44,290 bases of DNA, filler included, from Jimgerdemannia flammicorona (GCA_003990765.1; 2 parts of 2 records of this genome joined end to end with filler, not necessarily neighbours in it); one strand, 5' to 3'; positions 12,106 through 24,159 are shown, counted from the first letter of the whole stretch. Translations and numbers: made by a program. The notes: generated by a model not told the origin, from the sequence alone.

Positions 12106-15100
12106 ATGGCAAACCAACAGATTCTTGATCTCACAGCCCAAGTAGCTATAATGGCAGCAACCATTACTGCCTTAGCCGAACAGACCCAACCTACCAAAAA
12201 TCTGAGCCTACCTACCTTCAATGGTACTACACAAGAAGTCCAAAGCTTCATTAGTATAGTTGATACCAATTTCGAAGCCAATCAATGGACTAATGAGCGA
12301 GTCGCTGACCGCGTTCTGACAAACAATCAAGACCACACCCTGGAACAACTCTTTGCTACCACTACAGCCTATATCTGCCAAGTTGTTACATTTTTCCAAG
12401 GACCTGCCAAAGAATGGTGGCGAACCCTTCCTGAAAAACCCCTCACATAGGATACCCGACCTGCAGTAGTTGCTCAGAATGCAGCAAACAATGCCCCAGG
12501 ATATGGAGCCCATCCTGCAGCCCCTGGACTCAAACAACTTATGATTGCTCAATATTGCAGCAAAACTATGATCGCCGAATCTTGAGTAAAACTCTGCAAC
12601 CTCAAATTCGATGTACATGGCAAAGAAGAATTTGAAACCTTCTGTACAAAACTCGAGTCACTCCTGAACACTGTTGGTCTAGGATATATTGCCAATGATG
12701 AAGCATGAAATGGTACAAGAGCAGACCATTTATTTGATGCCCTGCCTGAATGGCTTACTAGAAAAATCCGAGAGCAAGGCTGCCCAGTTGGTTGTAATCA
12801 CCAACAATGGTGCCTGACAAGAATCAAGACCATAGTCAAGCGAATCCTAATAGCTGGACCAATTCTGCCCCGAAGACAATTTAACAACAAAGAAAGGACT
12901 TGGACCAAGAAAGAAGAATCCAAGCATGAAGCATCCCGAGCTCCCTTCACATCCACCTCTTGGATACCCAGAAATCCTGAACCCACCCAGCCCAGTACCT
13001 TCAAGAAACTTACTGAAGGTGAAAGGAATGAACTTCGAAGAAGTGGAGCATGTTTCTATTGCTGAAAGACAGGACATATGGCCAGTGCCTGCCCTAACCG
13101 AAAACCCCGAACAGCAATATGAGCAACTGTTACCACTCTTCACCACCTCAACAACCTGACCACCAGAACACTAGACTTTGTCAAGTTAAGACAAACTGCT
13201 AAGGCCCCAACCAAAGGAAGTCAAAAAGCAGCTGGATATGACCTGTATGCAGCTGAAGAAGCTACAGTTTCCAACTGAGAAGTCAAACAAGTCTATACAG
13301 GAATCAGTATCCAAATCCCTAAAGGACATGTTGGAAGAATATACTGTCGCAGCAGCCTAGTACTGAAAGGACTCTCAGTAGAAGGAGGAGTCATTGATGA
13401 AGATTACACAGGTGAAATCATTGTCCTCATTTGAAACCACAGTTGGACACCCTTCAAGATTCCTATTGGCTTCTGCATTGTCCAGATCTTGTTCGAAAAA
13501 ATTGAGTCTACCCTGACAGTCAAGGAAGTCCCTGAACTACTGCCCACCATCTGAGGATCCAAAGGATTTGGCTCATCAAACAAAGCCCTAGCTCAACCTA
13601 CCATGAGCAAAGAAGAACAATTCTACAAGAAGATCAAAGATGGATATGTACCAAGTGGCTGATGCCCTCATGGTATTGGAATGTACTCTTCTTGAATGAT
13701 TGATAATTGCTTCTCTTGTGTCAATGAACTGACTCAAAGAAGAACCAATAGAAGGAAAGCTCCTACAACTGAAATCACCACAATTGGATCAGACAAACTG
13801 CTCACTCTTAAGGCTTTTGTCAACGGAGCACCTGTTAAGATTATGATAGACAGTGGTGCCTCAGGCAACTTTATCAATGAAGAGACAGCCAACAGACTCA
13901 AGGTCTTCACCTCTCCAGTATAACAAACTCAAGCAGTTGCTACAGCTGATGGAATCTCACATGTTATTAGCAAAGAAGTCCACAATCTACCCTTCTGAAT
14001 TGGCGACTACTGAGTACATGTTACCCTCCAAATCGTACCACTTCCTGACAATGAAATCATCCTTGGGACTCTATGGTTAAAACAAGAGAACCCCATGATC
14101 GATTGGGTAAACCATTCTCTGACCATCAAGAAAGGACACCACAACTTCAAACTGCAAGGCAAAAAGGACCCACTTAATTCTAATGACTCTGGATCAAAGA
14201 TCACCCACATCAACAAGCTACAACTCAAGAAATTGGCCAAGAAATGCCCTCTCTTCGCCATCTCCATCCATCCATCCAAAGGAGAACCTGAGAATTCTGA
14301 AGAAGATTTTTCCAAAGTTGACAGCCATGTCAGACCACTACTCCAGAAATTCCGGGACATATTTCCAAAGAAGCTCCCAAAAGGCCTACCTCCCAAATAA
14401 GCAGTAGACCATGCTATCAAGACTATCCCAGATGCCAAACCAGCCTTCAAGTCAATTTACCACATATCTCTGAGAGAAATTGATGTACTCAAGAAGGAAA
14501 TCAATGAACTTCTAGAACAAGGATTCATCAGACCCAGCATATCACCCTATGGTGCACCAGTCCTCTTTATTGTCAAGAAAGGAGGAGACCTGCGAATGTA
14601 TATTGACTACCATGATCTCAATGAACAGACCATCAAGAACTGTTGCCCACTACCCAGAATCGATGAAATATTCGATAGGCTCACCAACTCACAATTCATG
14701 AGCTCTTTTGATCTGCGAAATAATTACTGGCAAATTGCCATGAAAGAAGAAGACATCTATAAGACAGCTTTCTGAACACGCTATGGACACTTTGAGTTCT
14801 TGGTTATGCCCTTTGGCTTAACTAATGCTCCAGCAACCTTCCAGACACTGATGAATACCATTCTGCATCCATACCTGGACAAATTCATTGTTGTCTACAT
14901 TGACGACATCCTAGTCTTCAGCAAAACCCTGGAAGAACATCTTGAACACCTTGAACTAGTGCTACTAAAACTCTGAGAAAACCGACTCTTTGCAAAACTC
15001 AGCAAGTGCAAATTTCTTCTGAAAGAAATTCAATTCCTTGGACACATTGTCACTCCAAATGGAATCAAAGTGGACCCCAGCAAAATCTCTGCAATCAAAG

Positions 15101-17238
15101 ATTGGCCCACACCCAAGAAGCTGAAAGACCTCTAGTCATTCCTGGGATTAGCAAATTATTATAGGTGATTTGTTGCCAACTTTGCTAAAATCGCTACCAT
15201 CCTCACCCAAATGACCAAGCATAGTAAGAAACAAGAACAACCCTGGACCATGAAACAAGAGAAAGACTTCAACAATCTTGTAAATTGGGGATATGAATAA
15301 GATACTGCCTTCCAAGCACTGAAAGATGCTCTGATAACCACACCAGTACTTCAAGCGGCAAACTCTACCCTACTATATGAAGTCACCACTGATGCCTCTG
15401 ACCTAGCTCTTGGAGCAGTGCTCATGCAAGAAGGACACCCTGTGGCCTATCACTCCCGCAAGTTCAATGATGCTGAAATCAACTATACAACTCATGAGAA
15501 GGAAATGCTAGCCATCGTAGATACTCTGATCAAATGGTGACCATATCTAGAAGAAGCACACTTCACTGTGTTGACTGACCACAAGTCATTAGTCAACATC
15601 AAGACACAGGCTACCCTTTCTCGAAAGCAAGCCAGATGGATGAAAGTCCTCACCAACTTTGACTACGAAATCCAGTACTGCCCTGGCAAGGAAAATATTG
15701 TTGCTGATGCAATCTCCAGACCACCAATCAAAGAGGTTATCCAAACTCTGACCTTGGTTACCAACACTATCATGGAACAAATCATTGCAGCATGTATTGA
15801 TGATAAAGAAGCTCAAGCACTCCAAGAAATTCTGAACAATGATGATGCTGACAAGCATACCTGGTACAATCAATACCAACTCAAGGACAATGCTATCTAC
15901 TACAAGGACAGATTGTATGTTCCAAACAACCGAGACCTCTGAAGGACTATCCTATTCGAATGTCATAATGCCCCTACAGCTGGACATTTAGGATTTGATA
16001 AATGTTACAAAGTTATCTTCCGAAACTTCTATTGGCCCCACATGGCAGATCAGCTCAAAACCTACATTACTTCTTGTAATGCCTGCCAATGAAACAAGTC
16101 CTCAACACTAGCAAAACCTGGCTTACTCCACTCTATCCTGGTACCATCTGCAAATTGGGAACAAATCTCTATGGACTTCATTATACAACTATCCCGAACC
16201 AAGAATGGGAAAGATGTAATTGTTGTCTTTGTGGACTACATCAGCAAACAAGCCCACTTTTTGGCCACTACCACTACTGCAACAGCACCAGACATAGCCA
16301 CACTCTTGTTTAACAACATCTTCTGCTATCATGGTCTTCCCAAGATCATTGTTAGTGACTGAGATCCGAAATTCACCAGCCACTTTTGGAAAGCCCTCCA
16401 TACATACCTTGGAACAAAACTTGCACTATCCACAGCCATTCACCCTGAAACTGATGGCCAAACTGAAAGAATGAACTGAACTCTGGAACAAATGCTAAGG
16501 AACTATGTCTTCTACAGATAAGATGATTGGTATGAACACCTCACCGCAGTTGAGTTTGCCTATAACAATAGCAAGCAAGCCTCTCTTGGAATGACCCCAT
16601 TCTTCGCCAACACTGGACAAAACCCAAACACCCCTTTGACACTTATCTGAACTACCGATGAACCCTCCACAGTTGAAGCTGTTGAAGAATTCCTACTCCG
16701 AATGCGCAATCTAAGCCAGATCGCAATTGAGAATTTATCACGAGCTCAAGAACAACTGTCACAGTATGTTAACTAACACCACTGAGAAGAAACCTTTGAC
16801 ATTGGAGAAAAAGTTCTACTAGACATCAGAGGATACTGAGTTGACAACCTCAAGCACAGACCATCTACAAAGCTGAACAGCAAGTTCATTGGACCATTTG
16901 AAGTCATTGCACAAGTCACTCCAACCTCCTACAAACTGGCACTACCAGACACCATTAAGATTCACCCAGTCTTTAATATTCAATGTCTTAAGTGATACAA
17001 TGACAATGATGACGAGCTATTTCCAAACCGAACCACCAAACCACCTGTACCTGTCATCATTAATGATCAAGAAGAATATGAAGTTGAACAAATCCTCAAC
17101 AAACATGGTAACAAGAACCATCCCAAGTACCTTGTCAAATGGAAAGGTTACCCAATCCATGATGCAACCTGGGAACCCAAGACCAATCTCCAGAATGCTA
17201 CTGACTTAGTTCAGGAATATGATTCCTTGAACAACTAG
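12106..17238 (+). pseudogene. Single-frame Gag-Pol polyprotein (Gag, CCHC knuckle, dUTPase, aspartic protease, RT, RNase H, integrase, chromodomain), many stops
   Basis: All fragments share one frame: LPTFNG (Gag), CFYC*KTGHMASAC (~13051-13092), [24 protein letters not shown] (~14896), [49 protein letters not shown]...YLVKWKGY...TWEP; stop at 17236-17238. The frame may begin further upstream. Confidence 0.93.
13171..13578 (+). pseudogene. dut: Trimeric dUTPase domain within the Gypsy polyprotein
   Basis: Hand translation shows all five motifs: AAGYDLY, IYCRSS, GGVIDEDYTGEI, IVQ, (R)GSKGFGSS. Three TGA stops are consistent with CGA>TGA. Confidence 0.93.
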
Positions 17239-17649
17239 AACCAAATATTCCGCACCCATCTACACATACTATATATTATCCTCCTGAACATTATAATTAT
17301 TGTGAACCAAACCAAGAACTCAGCAAAATAAGACAAGAATACCAAATCCCTGGAAAAATAGCAAAACTGAAAGCAAGCCTATTCTCCCTGTACCACTGGT
17401 GGGAAACAAGGTGTAGACATTTAAGAAGATTCCTTAGAGGAAATTCTCCAGCAGTGAATGACATCAGAATCACTTCCGGCGCACGGCATTGAACACATGA
17501 CCCTTTAACATGTGAATCCAACACGTTAGGCAACTATACTACAAGCATGCCACTTTCTGAGAAAATGGACCTTACCAGACTTTTGACCTCCCAAACGGTA
17601 TAACAACACTAGAACAAATTAGAAGGCCCCGATGAGGATGTTGAAAGCT

Positions 17650-17662
17650 AAGAAGGGGAGAG
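17650..17662 (+). promoter_or_regulatory. Polypurine tract
   Basis: AAGAAGGGGAGAG immediately before the 3' LTR start at 17664. Confidence 0.88.
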
Positions 17663-17663
17663 T

Positions 17664-19735
17664 TGTAAGCGCACAACCTCCAAGCCACCAAAATTACACA
17701 TCACCCTCTGAACAAGCCACCAAAATTACACACGATCTCTGAACAAATCTGGAAATCACCTGCTTGATTATGAAGCTGAGTCAAACCAAAGTCACAGTGC
17801 ACAAAGCTGAGTCAATACGAAGTCACGGAACACAAGATTTACACAAACGGAATCTTACCAATCAGGACCAAATGTATATATACCGAGCACCAAGATGCAT
17901 CAAATCAGAGAACCAAAACAAACAACAACTATAACTTCCAAATACACAAATGACCACTGAGATCTACAACCATATCCACACTGACATTTGGAATGCCATT
18001 GTCAACCGAGCCACACCCCCTCTGCCCCTCATGAATATCCATAGCCTGGCACCCCTCTACTTCGTGGAAGCCCGATGGAACACCCTGAACATGCTTAGCG
18101 AGGCCCACCGAATCGGACAAATCTCAAGCTACTACCAGATTGGCTGCCTCCTGGAAGACATGGTCAAACACCACCATGATATAGACATTACCCAGATGTC
18201 TCAACACCAGAAGCTCATCGCCTGCAAACATCAAGAACTCTTCTATGAGTACAACACCTTTATTCCCCACCTCCGAGTTACTACCAGCGAAATGGTTGCT
18301 ACCCTGTCCTATGGCCAAATCAATGACATGATACAAGAACTCAACCACAAGTACCTCGAATATGTCCAGACCACAGACAGAACCTTCCCGCACCCTGATG
18401 ACTATATCCTGCAAATGCCTCAAGTTGGATACACCATAAAGGATGTCTACGATATAATCCACTTCGACAAAGATGAAGCAGAAGACAATGATCCCTCTGA
18501 CGCCGATATGACCTCTAGTCAAGAATCTCTGCCAACCCTGATCACACCACCAAACTTGCCAATGAACTTGCAACAGTTCATAACCGCATATGAGACTTAT
18601 TGGGACAATGACCACTGGCACGAATACCAACCTGCATTCACCCCCGACTACTTCAACTACAATGAAGAGACCGGAGAACACAATCTGTACCTCCAGACAA
18701 CCCTCGAGATTGAACCAACCACTCCACCACCTGAGTATGAGTGACATGAACCACAGCCACCAGCTTACTACAATCCTGCAACTCATAGTGCTGTAACCTA
18801 TAGAAGGTATGCAGACAGTGAATCTGATGAAAGCAAAGACAATACACCCATCCTTTGCCCACCAACACCTTATCCAGCCTATGAGACAGACAATGCTATC
18901 TTGTGAGATGGAGATGAAGTTCTGATGTACTATTACCTCAGCAAACAAGGAGAAGTAATCCGCGAACCATTATTTCTAGATGACTACTTCATCAGAGATG
19001 ATGCAATTGATGGTGATATCATCGAAGACTACCCAGACAGCACCTAAACCCATAAATAGCCTAGTAGTCATAGTATAGTTAGATTAGTATTATATGACAT
19101 GACTGTGAACTGACTCAGCAGTCAGACGATCTCTTGACATGTCAGATCACACTTGTACTACATGACTGCATTCCGACTCAGCAAAGCACTTAGTGCTACA
19201 TCCATATCTAGTATAGTCCAGATAGCCCCTTACTAGTATAAATACCCCCTCCCCCAGACCTCAGAATCTCAGACTTGAATAGACTCAAACACATAAGAAC
19301 ATTTCTGAATACTTCCCCACAATATCCCTTCATACAACTACTCCTAGTATAAGCAATATCATGGATAGCAAATAAACCTATTCCATAATCCACAAACTAC
19401 TCTTAAGTAAATCTGCTCCCTATTAGGTCCCACTCCTAACTCCATCATGAAATTTCCTAATTGGGTATTGTCTGCAGCGATATGCCAATTCAACTAAGCT
19501 GGTCTTAGTTTCTTGAACTTCCTGAAATATGGAAAAATCCTGAACACCTAGAACTAGTCCAGAAAAGGACTTTGGTTGAGACGTCAACCCGATCTTAAAA
19601 TCAATAAGCGTAGAGGATGTACTCCATACGAAATTGATCTTGACCATAAGAAAATGGTCTTCCAGAACATCTAGAATATCCAGAGAACCTTTCCAGAACT
19701 ATGTAACGGTCACCCTAAAAAGTAACCCTTTTATA
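17664..19735 (+). repeat. 3' LTR (2072 bp)
   Basis: Direct repeat of 9072-11143, differing mainly by transitions. Confidence 0.95.
17950..19047 (+). pseudogene. LTR-internal ORF, 3' LTR copy
   Basis: ATG at 17950, open for 264 aa. Stops at 18742 (CGA in the 5' LTR) and ~18904 (TGG in the 5' LTR). Ends EDYPDST* as in the 5' copy. Confidence 0.78.
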
Positions 19736-19862
19736 GCTACCCTGCCCAGTACACACCTCTAGATACTCATTGATTACCATGATACTAGTAGCTTGTCTCC
19801 AGAAACTGTATTGAAAGTGTTGCCAAAAGATTGTATAACCTGAATGTTACCAGAGAAAGATA
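19736..19862 (-). mobile_element. 5' end of LINE copy 2 (ORF1 ATG at 19780 plus 5' UTR), split off by the Gypsy insertion
   Basis: CCTGCCCAGT...TTGTATAACCTGAATG matches copy-1 positions 5741-5860. Confidence 0.88.
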
Positions 19863-20927
19863 TTGAAAGGACTCTCAGTAGAAGGAGGAGTTATCAATGA
19901 AGATTATACAGGCGAAATCATTATTCTCATTTGAAACCACAGTTGGACACCCTTCAAGATCCCTATAGGTTTCTGCATTGCCCAGATTCTATTCAAAAAA
20001 ATCGAGTCAACCCTGACAGTCAAGGAAGTCCCTGAACTACTGCCTACCATCCGAGGATCCAAAGGATTTGGCTCATTGAACAAGACCCCAGCCCAATCTA
20101 CCATGAGTAGTGCACCCAATGAATCAAATCAAATCGAATTTGGCCCAAACTCGATTCGATTCAATTGAATCAAGGGTCCAATTTGATTCAAAGTTCAATT
20201 TGAACCCTAATTTTCAAAATGTAATAACTCAACGAAAACTCATCTAAATTTAACATATTTTATCTTGTTAGATTCATCATATTAATGTGATTCTAACAAG
20301 CTAAAGTATGTTAGATTTGGATGAGTTTACGCTGAGTTATTGCATTTTGAAAATTAGGGTTCGAATCAGATCCTCAATTCAATTCGACTTTTGATTTGAT
20401 TCAAATTGATTCGAATTGAAAAATCCCCAATTCGATTCAACTCATTTAACCCTCAATTCGATTTGATTCGAATTGATTTGACTCATTTGGGAGCACTAAC
20501 CATGAGCAAAGAAGAACAATTCTACAAGAAGATTGAAGACAGATATGTACCAAGTAGCTGATGTCCTCATGGTATTAGAATGTACTCTTCTCAAATGATT
20601 GATGATTGCTTCTCTTGTGTCAATGAACTAGCTCAAAGAAGAACCAACAGAAGGAAAGGTCCTACAACCAAAATCACCACCATTGGATCAGACAAACTAC
20701 TTATACTTAAAGCTTTTGTCAACCAAGTACCTGTTAAGATTATGATAGACAGTGGTGCTTCAGGCAACTTCATCAATGAAGAGACAGCCAACAGACTCAA
20801 GGTCTTTACCTCTCCAGTACAGCAAACTCAAGCAGTTTCTACAGCTGATGGAACCTCACATGTTATTAGCAAAGAAGTTTGCAATCTACCCTTCTGAATT
20901 GGCAACTATCGAGTATATATTACCCTC
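19861..20927 (+). mobile_element. Fragment of a second copy (B) of the same Gypsy family: dUTPase C-half, Cys/His linker, protease
   Basis: Collinear with 13361-14028 apart from the MITE; contains MIDSGASGNF. Confidence 0.92.
20108..20498. mobile_element. hAT-type MITE, 391 bp, largely palindromic
   Basis: TIRs TAGTGCACCCAATGAATCAAATC / GATTTGACTCATTTGGGAGCACTA; perfect 8-bp TSD ACCATGAG (20100-20107, 20499-20506); the empty site is present in copy A at ~13600. Confidence 0.93.
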
Positions 20928-22101
20928 AGCTCCTTTCTCTGCTACCTTACCGGTCACAAGGTTTGGTAGGCAACCTTCCAAGTCCCCTTTCCCCTAATAT
21001 TACCCCCTCTACCTCGGGTTGGTTTGCTGTGCCTGTAGGGGCATGGTGGGAGGAGGGCAATGGTGATGAGTTGCCCCTTTATCGGTGTCAGATCGGTGCT
21101 TCCTCCACTTTTTCGTGGATTCTGGTGCCTTCAGCTGCATCTGGGGTGTACCCGTTTTGGTGCGGTGCCTTCTTCCTTTTGCCGTCGCCAACAAGGAGTT
21201 GTCTTGGTGTGTCTCAGACTATGTAGGGAGTCGGCCGACCTTGGGCGTCAAGTGCTCAGTGTAGGTTACCTGCACATCCTCAGTGCCTGTGGTGGGGCCC
21301 TCTGGCTTTGGTGAGCTTCCCGGCGAGCGTGGTTCTGGTGTAGGTGACTGCTTTTTGGGTGTTGTCGGGATGGGAGGGGAGATGGCCGTCACAGATAGGC
21401 AGAAGGACAATTACGGTGAACCAGTAGGGTGCCAGGCTGGGGGCGGTCATCGGGGCTGGGGCAGGTGCTGCTTCGGTGGGGCCTTTTGATTGGTGCGGCG
21501 CGGTTAGGTGGTAGGTGTCACTCTCGGCTTCTTTTGGCGGGTAGCGGGGTGAGGCCCCAGTCGTCAGGGGGGGTTGGGGGGCCCGAGGCTACCCATTTCA
21601 GGTGTCTTGGCTGCACTCAACTGGAACCGGGAGCTGACATGGTAACGTGATTGAGGCCCGTAGGCTTGAGTAGTGGGGTATTGGAGGTTTCTTCCCGCCT
21701 CACGTGTAAGTCCTTTACTCATCTCGACTGGGAGAACCAGGCCCTACCCACTGTGTTGTACTTTGATGAGGGTTTTTTATTTACCTGTCATTCTCTTTGG
21801 GGTGGCAGGGGCTATTCTATTCGGCTCGGGCATGGCCTTGTACATATGGTGGGTTCTCAGGCATGCACTTTCGGTCGTTGGCATATGGTTGGATTTCCCC
21901 TGGTGGTAGGAAGAGCATGGTGCACAGAATGAGGTGCAGGCTTATTAGCCCTGCTGCGCCTGGTATGGTCAAGCTGCTGGACAATAGCTAGCCTAGGTTA
22001 ATGGGGGGGCAGTGCTTGGTGGGTGGTGGGGGAGGGTTTTGGCCTATATAGTCTAGGTTCCCTTCCAATAAAAATCCACGGGACATGAGTCCGTTAAAAA
22101 A
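20928..22101 (+). mobile_element. Poly(A)-tailed ~1.2 kb non-autonomous retroelement (SINE-like or LINE 3' piece), copy 1
   Basis: Abruptly interrupts Gypsy B, ends AATAAA...AAAAAA at the gap, is homologous end to end with 31305-32509, and has no convincing ORF. Confidence 0.75.
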
Positions 22102-22201
22102 NNNNNNNNNNNNNNNNNNNNNNNNNNNNNNNNNNNNNNNNNNNNTTAATTAATTAANNNNNNNNNNNNNNNNNNNNNNNNNNNNNNNNNNNNNNNNNNN
22201 N
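22102..22201. other. Assembly gap with artificial TTAATTAATTAA spacer
   Basis: 100-nt block of Ns with a central six-frame-stop linker at 22146-22157. Confidence 0.9.
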
Positions 22202-24050
22202 AGAATTCGGCAGGCAAAATTTCGTTTACGATCGACACATGGATATCCCCCAATACAATTTCATTTCTGAGCATTACCAGTCATTGGATTGACCTCGATT
22301 GGCAGCTTAAATCTCTCACCCTTGACTTCGTCAAACTTGCTGGCCCTCATTCTGGAGACAACATCGCAGATGCTTTTATTAGTTGTATCTGGGAGCTTGG
22401 GATCACCACCAAGGTAAAAAAGGGGGGCTTGCCATCAGGTCAGCGTTTTGAGGGAGGTCCTAAACCAAACCAGATTTTATTGGTTACTTATTTTCACATA
22501 AATTTATCAACCAAATATTTCAAGTACAGATTTTGGCCATTACGATGGACAATGCCACAAACAACTCAACATTTTTCCAAGGTTTAGTGGCTAGCCTCAA
22601 ACAGGAAAACGTGGCCTTCAGTACAGAAAGCTGCCGTGTGTGATGCCAGGTCCACGTACTGAACCTCGCTGTTCAGGACTATCTTACGCACATAGACAAA
22701 ACATCCGAGAGAGGAGGTGCCCTGAGTATAATTTCCAAGCTGTACAAACTGGTTGTATCGGTCCGATCATCCCCACAACGACAAGACAAATTCGCTGCAT
22801 AGTGTAGGGCAATCAGTTAAGCCCCGAAAGAGCTTATATTGGATGTCTGTACATATTGAAACTCAACATTTGCAATGATCCAGCACATGCTGGAGTTTGC
22901 TATGGTATGCATCCTTTTTTTCTTTGGTCGGCTGAAGCAACTGTTTCGGATGATGGAAGATTTATTTTTTTAAAAAAAAAAAAAGCCAATAGATTCAACG
23001 ATGGCTACCGACAAGGAAATATGGGCCAAGGCTCTAGGTGAAAGCAAGTGGGACGTACTTAGGAATGTTGTCAGAGTTTTAGAAGTAAGTGGTGGTTGCT
23101 CTGGCTCCACACTCGTTTTGTCTACCTCTGCACAGTGCAACACCTCACCACATATAACTGCCAGTGTTTCGATGATTGTACAAAGGATATAGTCAAACAA
23201 ATGACCCTGACAATAAGCTCTGCGATACCGATATACAACCTTCTGATTGACTGGCTAGAGGACAAGCTCGAGGATAGGCTGGAGGGTTGCGGTGATTTAT
23301 AGTTAAGCCCGAATCAGAGAGATACCATGGTGGTTGCTCTAAGCAAGCTTAGAAAATACTACACCCAAACAGATACCGCCGTATACTCAATCAGTACAGG
23401 TATGTTGGCGTGTGGTCATTGCCCCTTCCAAAATAGAGGAAACCCTACAAAAACTCACTCTCCTTTTCTTCGAACAGTGCTGGACCCACGCTTAAAGCTA
23501 CAATACCATAAAGATCAGAGCTGGGAGCAGCACTTCATTGAGAGAACCAAGCAGGCCATAATTGAAGTGTACTGGAAAAACTACGCACCGCTGCAAGGTT
23601 CTGGCCGAAGTCCGGACGAATATGCTGAGGGATCCCTCCTGTCCCATATTTACTTCAGCAGAAAGAGGAAGAGGGAGCTGTCAGTGGAAGAGCTGCCACC
23701 AATAGATGAACTTACCATTTATCTTGCCAGCGACCACGTGGTTCTGCTGGAGGGTACGGAGGTGCTCAACTGGTGGAAGGTAGGTTGTCTGGTGGGCGTT
23801 GGGCCAATTTAACCCACCAATCTAACCACCGCTCTACTCTATCCACCGGGGTGTGCAGCTACATCAAACAGACTTCCCCAGCCTGTGTGGTATAGCTCAG
23901 GACTACCTGGCGATTCCTGCCTCCAGCGCTCCTGTCGAGCAGATGTTCTCAGGTGGGGTGGACCTCGTTGCCCCAAAGAGGTGTGCACTGAATGCTGAGA
24001 CAATCCGGGCATGTATGTGTCTAAAGTCTTGGTGGGGCTCGGGCTGCTAA
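22202..24050 (+). pseudogene. hAT transposase, intron-containing, 5' part missing, with stops
   Basis: Hand translation: ISFTIDTW, ITSHWID, GPHSGDNIA, ITMDNATNN, RV*CQVHVLNL (CxxH), LDPRLK, and dimerisation domain WWK...FPSL..IAQDYLAIPASSAPVEQMFS. Confidence 0.93.
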
Positions 24051-24159
24051 AATTTGGTGGATCCATGGATAAGTTGGTTGGCCTTGTGGAATATTTAATA
24101 CCTTTCAAATTAATAAAAGGAAAAAAACCTGAGGACTCGGCTCAGAGTTTGCGGCCAAA

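Larger units (their letters stand above)
9072..19735 (+). mobile_element. Full-length Ty3/Gypsy chromovirus LTR retrotransposon (copy A), degenerate
   Basis: Two 2072-bp LTRs (TGTAAG...CTTACA/TTTATA), 5-bp TSD GCCAC (9067-9071) / GCTAC (19736-19740), PBS, PPT, and domain order Gag-CCHC-dUTPase-PR-RT-RH-IN-chromodomain. Confidence 0.96.

Noticed and set aside
18124..18948. 274-aa minus-strand ORF in the 3' LTR
   Set aside because: Antisense of the sense LTR ORF, starts at a non-ATG codon, and is broken in the 5' LTR.
22146..22157. TTAATTAATTAA palindrome inside the N run
   Set aside because: Artificial contig-joining linker. It also means adjacency across the gap is unproven.
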